DNA from: an uncultured delta proteobacterium
GTDB taxonomy: Bacteria; Myxococcota_A; Polyangia; Fen-1088
Assembly: GCA_963796685.1 (NCBI GenBank)
Contig: CAWCMR010000007.1
Location: forward strand, 1-64,000
Length of the DNA: 64,000 nt
Direction: 5' to 3'
The notes under the pieces: generated by a model
What the model was told of the DNA's origin: nothing
What the model saw: only the letters and a program-made list of their open reading frames with translations
Database searches by the model: none
Shown: piece by piece, positions 57,539-64,000 of the stretch
Position numbering within the stretch: the first letter of the stretch is position 1
Layout of the letters: each line of letters starts with the position of its first letter
Program-made: the position numbers and the translations under genes

Positions 57539-58975
57539 ATGACTAGAAATCAAGGGCGACTTGGAAGGATTCGTGCCTCGACGGGCCTCGTGTGTCTTCT
57601 CGTGTCGTCTCAGACTCTCGCTGCGCAGCTGGGCGAACAGGAGCCTGCACCGTTCCCCTGGCAACTCGGGTCCGCGCGCGCCATCAGCCTCAAAGACGCG
57701 ATCGCCTATGCGCAAGCGCACCAGCCCTCGCTCAAAGCTGCTCTCGACCGGGTGCAGGTCGCCCAAGCCGATGCGCAAGTACCGAGGGCAAGCTGGCTTC
57801 CTCGCTCCTCTCTCGTGGGTGAAGTCTTGGAGGGAACGACGAACAACACGACCGCCTCGTATGTCGGGCTCCAAGATATTGCCCTCCCACGAATTGGTGC
57901 CACCACGGCCGTGGACAGTGGAGGCGCCTGGACGCCATCTCCCTCGACCCTGGCCGCGATCTCCATCGGCCAGGAGCTGTTCGACTTCGGTCGCATCGCT
58001 GCGCAAGACGCTGCCGCCGACGCCGTCGTGGTCAGCGAGCGCCATCGTGCCGAGGCGGAGCGCCTGGCCATCGCCCTCGTGGTGAAGGAATCCTATTTTG
58101 CCGTCCAGAGTGCCAAGGCCGTGCTGCGCGCGGCGAAGGACGGGTACGAGCGCACGCGGGTTCACCGCGATATGGCCGAGGCTGGCGTGCACAGTGGACT
58201 GTACGCCCCGATCGAGCGGACGCGCGCCGAGGCGGACCTGGCTCGCTTCGAAGTCAATCGCATCCGCGCCGAGGGCGGTGTGGCCAGCGCCCAGGTCGTT
58301 CTGGCGGCGGCGGTGGGAGTGTCCGATCGCATGCTGGACGTCGCCGATATTCAGTCTCCCGTACCGCCCATGCCGTCCCTCGATCAAGCCATGTCGGACG
58401 CTGCCGCGCGCGATCCCGTGCTCAAGGAGGCCCGAGCGAGGGTCGCCGCCCAACAAGCCCTCACGCGCGCCATCGGCGCTGAGATGAGGCCAGACATCCT
58501 GTTGGCAGGCACCTTCTCTGGCCGAGCCGGCGGGGCCACGCCAAGCTCGGGCGTTGCGGCGAGCTACGGCGGGTGGTTGCCCGACGTTCCCAACTGGGAT
58601 GTCGGACTGATTCTGCGCTGGCCTCTCTATGACGGCATCATTGCCGCGCGGCAGCGGGCTTCTTCGGCGCGCGAGCAAACCCTGCAGAGCGACTTCGCGG
58701 CGATCGTGCAGCAAGAGGTTTCGGAAATCCAGCGAGCCTATGTCGGGGCAGAAGTGGCAAAGGCCGCGCTTGCCAGCCTGGGCCGTTCGGTCGAGGCCGC
58801 GCGCGCGAACTACGCCCAGGCCGAGGCGCGTTTCAAGGCAGGGCTGGGAACGGCCCTGGAGCTTGCGGACGCGGAGTACTTGCGTACCGACGCCGAGATC
58901 CAGCTCGCCGACGGACAGTTCGAACTTTCTCGTGCGCGCGCGGTGCTCGGGAAGCTACTTGCGGAGGAATCGTGA
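57539..58975 (+). CDS. TolC-family outer-membrane efflux protein
   Basis: ISLKDAI..A..HQPSL; LFDFG; ARFKAGLGTALELADAE. Confidence 0.9.
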   Translation: MTRNQGRLGRIRASTGLVCLLVSSQTLAAQLGEQEPAPFPWQLGSARAISLKDAIAYAQAHQPSLKAALDRVQVAQADAQVPRASWLPRSSLVGEVLEGTTNNTTASYVGLQDIALPRIGATTAVDSGGAWTPSPSTLAAISIGQELFDFGRIAAQDAAADAVVVSERHRAEAERLAIALVVKESYFAVQSAKAVLRAAKDGYERTRVHRDMAEAGVHSGLYAPIERTRAEADLARFEVNRIRAEGGVASAQVVLAAAVGVSDRMLDVADIQSPVPPMPSLDQAMSDAAARDPVLKEARARVAAQQALTRAIGAEMRPDILLAGTFSGRAGGATPSSGVAASYGGWLPDVPNWDVGLILRWPLYDGIIAARQRASSAREQTLQSDFAAIVQQEVSEIQRAYVGAEVAKAALASLGRSVEAARANYAQAEARFKAGLGTALELADAEYLRTDAEIQLADGQFELSRARAVLGKLLAEES

Positions 58976-60150
58976 TGTCATCTTCACCCATCGAGACCCC
59001 AGAGGCCCATCCCTCCGTTCCCGAGAAACGGCACCAGCGACGGGTCCCCATCATCATCGCCCTGGGCGTCGCAACCGTGCTGCTGTTCGGGTTTCTCATG
59101 GTGGCCCGGGCCGGCGCACGGGTGAACCAGGTCGCCCTGGCCTCGCTTCCCGTGGGGGTCACGGTCGTGGAGGCGCGGGCCACGCTCTACAATTCCACGC
59201 GCCACTACGTCGGTACCTTTCGCCCGTGGGTGGAAGCGAAGATCGGCCCGCAGCTCATCTCGGCCTATGTCGGCTCGGTGTTGGTGCGGCCAGGGGATCG
59301 GGTCAAGCGCGGGCAAATCATCGGCACCCTCGATTGCAGGAATGCCTCGGCCGCGAGCCAGGGCATTTCCATGCAGGCGCGAGCCATCGAGGCGCAGCAG
59401 TTGGCCCTGTCGCACGAGGCGTCCCGCATTGCCGAGCTGCAGAGCGGGGGCTTCGCCTCAGCCAACGAAATCGAAAGAAAGCAGGCCGACAGCGTCAGCA
59501 AGGAGGCCGAGTTGATGTCGACCAAGGCGCGTTTGGAACGCGCCACCCTGGAGGTCAGCGACTGCGTCCTACGTGCGCCCTTCAACGGGGAGGTTTCCGA
59601 GCGCACCATGGATCCGGGTGCCTATGTGCACCCCGGCGAATCCATCGCCTCGGTCATCGATCGCGACGTCGTGCGCGTGGTGGCCGACGTTCCCGAGGAG
59701 GATTTCGACCTGGTCAAACCCGGTGTCAAGGTGGACATCGTCGCGCTCGCCATCGGGCAAAAACTCGTGGGGACCATCGCTCGCCGCTCGCCCGCCGCCG
59801 ACGGAGCGACGCGAACCGTCCACTTCGAGATCGATCTGGCGGATCCCAGCCGAACGCTCCCGGTCGGCACCACGGCCGAGCTCTCGGTCGCCGCTGGCGC
59901 GCCCGTGCCAGCCACGGAGATCCCGCTTGCGGCCGCCGAGGTCAGGGGTAGCAAGGCGACGCTCTTTCGGGCCGAAAACGGGCAGGCGAAGAGGGTGGTG
60001 GTGAAGGTGCTCGGGGAAAGGAATGGCCGGTTGTTCGTGGACAAGTCGTTGCCCGCCGAAGCCCTGGTCGTCACCGAGGGCCGCACGCTGCTCAAGGATG
60101 GCGAGAACGTCCAAGTGAGCATGGAGCGCTTGGCGGAGGGCCCGAGGTGA
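58972..60150 (+). CDS. RND periplasmic adaptor (MFP)
   Basis: TM helix; VRPGDRVKRGQ; LRAPFNGEV; TRTVHFEI. Confidence 0.9.
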   Translation: MMSSSPIETPEAHPSVPEKRHQRRVPIIIALGVATVLLFGFLMVARAGARVNQVALASLPVGVTVVEARATLYNSTRHYVGTFRPWVEAKIGPQLISAYVGSVLVRPGDRVKRGQIIGTLDCRNASAASQGISMQARAIEAQQLALSHEASRIAELQSGGFASANEIERKQADSVSKEAELMSTKARLERATLEVSDCVLRAPFNGEVSERTMDPGAYVHPGESIASVIDRDVVRVVADVPEEDFDLVKPGVKVDIVALAIGQKLVGTIARRSPAADGATRTVHFEIDLADPSRTLPVGTTAELSVAAGAPVPATEIPLAAAEVRGSKATLFRAENGQAKRVVVKVLGERNGRLFVDKSLPAEALVVTEGRTLLKDGENVQVSMERLAEGPR

Positions 60151-63100
60151 CGAGTCTTTCGCTCCGCAATCCCATCGCGATCTTGATGATTTGCATCGGC
60201 CTGGTGGTGTTCGCCGTGGTCGTCACCCCGCGCATGAGCGTCGACACCTTTCCCGAGCTCACCCCTCCCGTACTGGTGGTGGGTACCTTGGCGCCCGGTC
60301 TCGGGCCCAAGGACGTGGAGAAGACCATCACCTGGCGCATCGAGAAATACGTCAGCGCCACCCCGGGCGTGGACCACGTCGAAAGCAACTCGCGCAACAA
60401 TCTGAGCGTCGTCTTCGTCTGGCTCAAATGGGGCACGGACCTCAATTCGGCGCAGACCCTGGTGCAACAGCAGGTCGCTTTCGCCATGTCCGCGGTCCCC
60501 AAATCGTTGGGTGTGTTGCCACCCTTCGTCCTTCAGTACGATCCGTCGAACGCGCCGGTGATTCAGGTCGCGGTGTCGGGCGGGGGTCTCAGCGGACCCC
60601 AGCTTTACGACTATGCCTTGAACTCCATCGAGCCGATTCTGGAAGGCATCCCCGGCGTGGCCAGCGCCGCCATCAACGGCGGTCGGCAACGCCAGATCAA
60701 CGTCATCGTGAACCCGGCACGGGCGCAGGCGCGCGGCCTGACGTCCACCGACGTGGCGGCTGCGGTGGCGCAGTCGAATGCCCTTCTTCCCTCGGGCGAG
60801 CTGATCGCGGCCACCTTCGACGCCAATGTCTATACCAACGCCGTGGCCCAGAGGGTGAGCGATATCGGTGACGCCATCGTAAAGCTTCGGGGTGGCAAAC
60901 CGGTTCTCATCCGCGACGTTGCCCGTGTGGAGGACGGCGGTTCGCCGGAAACCCAGGCGGTGGCCGTAAACGGAAACGACGCCGTCTACCTGAACGTGCT
61001 GCGAATCCCGGGCGGCAACACGCTCGAGATCGTCGACGCGGTGAAGAAGATGGTGTCCGGCCTCAAGGATCTGCCACCCGGCGTGCTCGTGAAACCCATC
61101 TTCGACCAGTCGACCTTCGTGCGCACGAGTTACGAGGGTTTGAAGAAGGAGGTGATCCAGGCCCTCGTCCTCATCGCGCTGGTCATCCTTCTCTTTCTGC
61201 AGAGCGTGCGCGGGACGATCATCGTTTCGGTGGCCATCCCGCTCTCCTTCGCGGTCACACTCATCGTGCTCTACGCCGGCGGGCACACGCTCAATGCCTT
61301 CACGCTCGGCGGACTGACCTTGGCCATGGGCCGTTTGGTCGACGATGCCGTGGTAGTCCTGGAATCCATCCACCGTCACCAAAACCAAGGCCTATCGCCC
61401 TACCAAGCCGCGCTCGAAGGGGCCAATGCCGTCGCGCTGCCCGTCCTCGCCTCCACCCTGACGACCATGGCCGTGCTCTTGCCGGTGGTCCTGCTGGCGG
61501 GACTGGCCAAGAAGCTCTTCGTGCCGCTCGCCATCACCGTCGCGGTCAGCATGATCGCCTCGTACTTCGTCAGCATGTGCGTGACCCCGCTCGCCTGCCG
61601 GTATTTTCTCGTTCACGACAAACCTGGGCGCTTGCGCCGGGCGGTTGGCGGTTTCATCAACCGCATGGCGGAAGGCTATGCAAACACCCTGCGCAAGGTC
61701 CTCCCCTTCCGTGGGACCGTGGTGGCATCGGCCGCCGTGTTGGTGCTGGCCAGCGGATGGATGGCGATGAAACTGCCGAGCACGTTCTTTCCCGCGATCG
61801 ACGAATCCATGGAGAGAGTCTACGTGCGGCTCGCCCCCGGCACGTCTCTTTCCGACGCCGCCAAGAAGATCAACAGCATGGGCGCGGTCCTGGCAAAGGA
61901 GCTGCCCAAGGACGACGTGGAATTGGTCCTCACCAACGTGGGGTCGCCGCAGAATGCGCGCAGCGCAATGACCAGTCCCAACGCCGGGCCTCACATGGGA
62001 TTCATCCGCGTCGCCCTGGCCACGCCCGAGAAGCGCAAGGCGAGCCAGGGGGAAATCGCCGACAAGATGCGCGAAATCCTGAACCGCCATTTCCCGGGGG
62101 TCGAGTTCCTGCAGTGGCCGGGAGGGCTGGTGGCCAGCGTCTTCTCCAACGGCTATTTGGCACCCTTGGTGGTCGAGATCACCGGCGACAACCTTCAGGT
62201 CTTGGAAGACGAGTCCAAGGCCGTCGCCGCCGTGGCTGCCACGGTTCCGGGTATTCGCGACATCTATCCTTCCTTGCAAGTGAACTATCCCGAAATTCGG
62301 GTCGAAACCGATCGCACCAAGGCCGGTATGGTCGATGTCTCCTCGCGGGAAGCGGCCCAGTCGACGCTCGAGGCAACCCTCGGCAACATCAACACCCCCA
62401 GCGTGTGGATCGACGGGAGCAACGGACAGTCCTATTACGTCGTCACCTATCTCGACGGCAAGGTGATCAACGACCCCTCCGCGTTGGCCAGCGTTCCCGT
62501 TCGCATCGGGGAGTCCGGAGACGCCGTCACGCTGGGCGCCTACAGCACCATTCGCCGCTCGCTTGGTCCCATCGCCATCGAGCGCAACCGGCTGCAGCGC
62601 GCGGCGCACGTTCTCATGCAGACCGAGAGGCGGGACATTGGCAGTGCCGCCCGCGAGCTGCAACAGAAGCTTGCTTCGGATCCGCGAACGCGCGGGCTCG
62701 ATCTCCGCTTCGTGGGACAAGTCGAGCTCATGCGCACGACATTCTCGGGGCTGGGCTTGGCCCTGGCGCTCGCGATCATGGTCGTCTTCATGATCATGGC
62801 TTCGCAGTTCAAGTCGCTACGCCTGCCCTTCGTCATGCTGTTCACGATTCCGGTGTCGTTGCTCGGCATCGTGCTGGCACTCCTGGCCGGTGGCCAGGGA
62901 TTCTCGGTCACGGCGCTGATGGGAATCCTCATGGTCATCGGCATCGCGGTGTCGAATGGCATCCTGCTGGTCGACGATGCCAATCGGAGATTCAACGAGG
63001 GCGTGGCCAAGGTCGAGGCGGTCGTGGCCGCGGCGCGAACTCGGTTCATTCCCATCGCCATGACGAGTCTCGCCACCGTCATTGGGCTCATTCCGACCGC

Positions 63101-63284
63101 GCTCGGTCTCGACGTCAGCACCGCCTCGAACCGCCCCTTGGCGCTGGCGGTGGTCGGCGGCCTCACCTCGTCGACCCTCCTGTCGCTGTTCCTCGTCCCG
63201 GTGATGTTCTTGCTGCTTGCCAAGCGGCCGGCAGAGTCCACGCGCGAAGTCTTCGCCCACGCCCCGGCCGAGGTGCCGACGTGA
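60147..63284 (+). CDS. RND efflux permease
   Basis: 1045 aa; GRLVDDAVVVLE; NGILLVD; RFIPIAMT; PLALAVVGGL. Confidence 0.95.
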   Translation: MTSLSLRNPIAILMICIGLVVFAVVVTPRMSVDTFPELTPPVLVVGTLAPGLGPKDVEKTITWRIEKYVSATPGVDHVESNSRNNLSVVFVWLKWGTDLNSAQTLVQQQVAFAMSAVPKSLGVLPPFVLQYDPSNAPVIQVAVSGGGLSGPQLYDYALNSIEPILEGIPGVASAAINGGRQRQINVIVNPARAQARGLTSTDVAAAVAQSNALLPSGELIAATFDANVYTNAVAQRVSDIGDAIVKLRGGKPVLIRDVARVEDGGSPETQAVAVNGNDAVYLNVLRIPGGNTLEIVDAVKKMVSGLKDLPPGVLVKPIFDQSTFVRTSYEGLKKEVIQALVLIALVILLFLQSVRGTIIVSVAIPLSFAVTLIVLYAGGHTLNAFTLGGLTLAMGRLVDDAVVVLESIHRHQNQGLSPYQAALEGANAVALPVLASTLTTMAVLLPVVLLAGLAKKLFVPLAITVAVSMIASYFVSMCVTPLACRYFLVHDKPGRLRRAVGGFINRMAEGYANTLRKVLPFRGTVVASAAVLVLASGWMAMKLPSTFFPAIDESMERVYVRLAPGTSLSDAAKKINSMGAVLAKELPKDDVELVLTNVGSPQNARSAMTSPNAGPHMGFIRVALATPEKRKASQGEIADKMREILNRHFPGVEFLQWPGGLVASVFSNGYLAPLVVEITGDNLQVLEDESKAVAAVAATVPGIRDIYPSLQVNYPEIRVETDRTKAGMVDVSSREAAQSTLEATLGNINTPSVWIDGSNGQSYYVVTYLDGKVINDPSALASVPVRIGESGDAVTLGAYSTIRRSLGPIAIERNRLQRAAHVLMQTERRDIGSAARELQQKLASDPRTRGLDLRFVGQVELMRTTFSGLGLALALAIMVVFMIMASQFKSLRLPFVMLFTIPVSLLGIVLALLAGGQGFSVTALMGILMVIGIAVSNGILLVDDANRRFNEGVAKVEAVVAAARTRFIPIAMTSLATVIGLIPTALGLDVSTASNRPLALAVVGGLTSSTLLSLFLVPVMFLLLAKRPAESTREVFAHAPAEVPT

Positions 63285-63310
63285 GCGGTCGCATTCGAAA
63301 GGAGACCACC

Positions 63311-63808
63311 ATGAAGCCCATCCCCAATGCCCTGGCCATCGCGCTGGTTCTTGCCGGATCGGCCTGCGCACACAGGCCCCGGTCTGACAGCTTTACGGTC
63401 GCACAGTCTCGGAATGCCATGGACGTCCTGGTCCAGACGCTGGCGGCGAACGGGCTCGAGGCTGTCGCCGTGGACCGCGCCCACGGCACCATCACGACCC
63501 AATGGTTCGATACGGGCTATCGCTTCAGGGCTACCAATGCCATCAACGATGGTCCAACGCGCAAGTACGACACGGACATTTTTCTGCGCTACCGGGTATC
63601 GCTCGTGAGCCGGAATGGGCAGCAGACGGTCAGGCTCGACACGGATGTGCAGCGCTGCTCGCCGAGCGATTCGGTCATCACGAGTCAGGGCGTCGTGGGC
63701 ACCTGTTTGCCGCTCAAGGTTCTGTTCCCGACCCAGCAAAAACAGGTCGACGAGCTGGGAAACAGACTAAGGGTGGCCCTGGTTGGCGAGAAGGGGACGG
63801 GAGGGTAA
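63311..63808 (+). CDS. Hypothetical lipoprotein
   Basis: AAAGGAG RBS; lipobox GSAC; DRAHGTITTQW. Confidence 0.7.
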   Translation: MKPIPNALAIALVLAGSACAHRPRSDSFTVAQSRNAMDVLVQTLAANGLEAVAVDRAHGTITTQWFDTGYRFRATNAINDGPTRKYDTDIFLRYRVSLVSRNGQQTVRLDTDVQRCSPSDSVITSQGVVGTCLPLKVLFPTQQKQVDELGNRLRVALVGEKGTGG

Positions 63809-64000
63809 ATCCCGAGGTAAATCCCGAGCATGATCGAACCAGACGCTGTGATTGCCTTCCCCCCGCCACTCCTCGAGCGCGACTCGGTCGAATTCCTTCG
63901 CCCCCCGACAAGCCCACCGAAGATCCTGCCCGCCAACGTGCGTTGGCTCCGACAGCGAGCCACTTGAACCAGGCGCGCCTTGCTTCGTCCTGCACCAGCA

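Noticed and set aside
63804-63827. 12-bp tandem duplication GGTAAATCCCGA and the short downstream ORF
   Set aside because: Too short, at the window edge, with no associated element; likely slippage.

Overview
GC-rich bacterial window. The host is most likely Myxococcota (Polyangia-like); this is inferred from paralogous Ser/Thr kinases, a TPR-PEGA protein, Gly/Ser/Thr-linker lipoproteins and an ECF-FecR module. Left to right: (1) a minus-strand aerobic respiration operon (caa3-type A1 cytochrome c oxidase coxBAC, ctaG, small subunit, Rieske, cytochrome b); (2) an ECF sigma / FecR-TPR / membrane protein / catalytically dead esterase / active hydrolase module; (3) kinase-PEGA-lipoprotein genes and an arylsulfotransferase lipoprotein; (4) a ~3 kb patch of gene fragments, higBA, a dif-like site and an IS481-like element, bracketed by a ~565-bp duplicated qmoC'-dsrJ-like segment; (5) a ~19-kb dissimilatory sulfur cluster split into two divergent operons, each with a sigma54-type promoter: dsrO-dsrP-aprB-aprA-qmoA-qmoB-qmoC-dsrJ-like (minus) and dsrA-B-D-L-N-C-M-K-J (plus, reductive-type signatures), with an in-frame triple palindromic-repeat insertion in qmoA; (6) a regulator, opgG, a kinase, a degenerate hybrid kinase, a serpin, Uma2 and siroheme synthase; (7) a sigma54 two-component system between a lipoprotein/porin pair and a TolC-MFP-RND operon. 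About eight single-base frameshifts, including one in dsrA, suggest sequencing indels. All calls are from motif recognition by eye; no searches were run.
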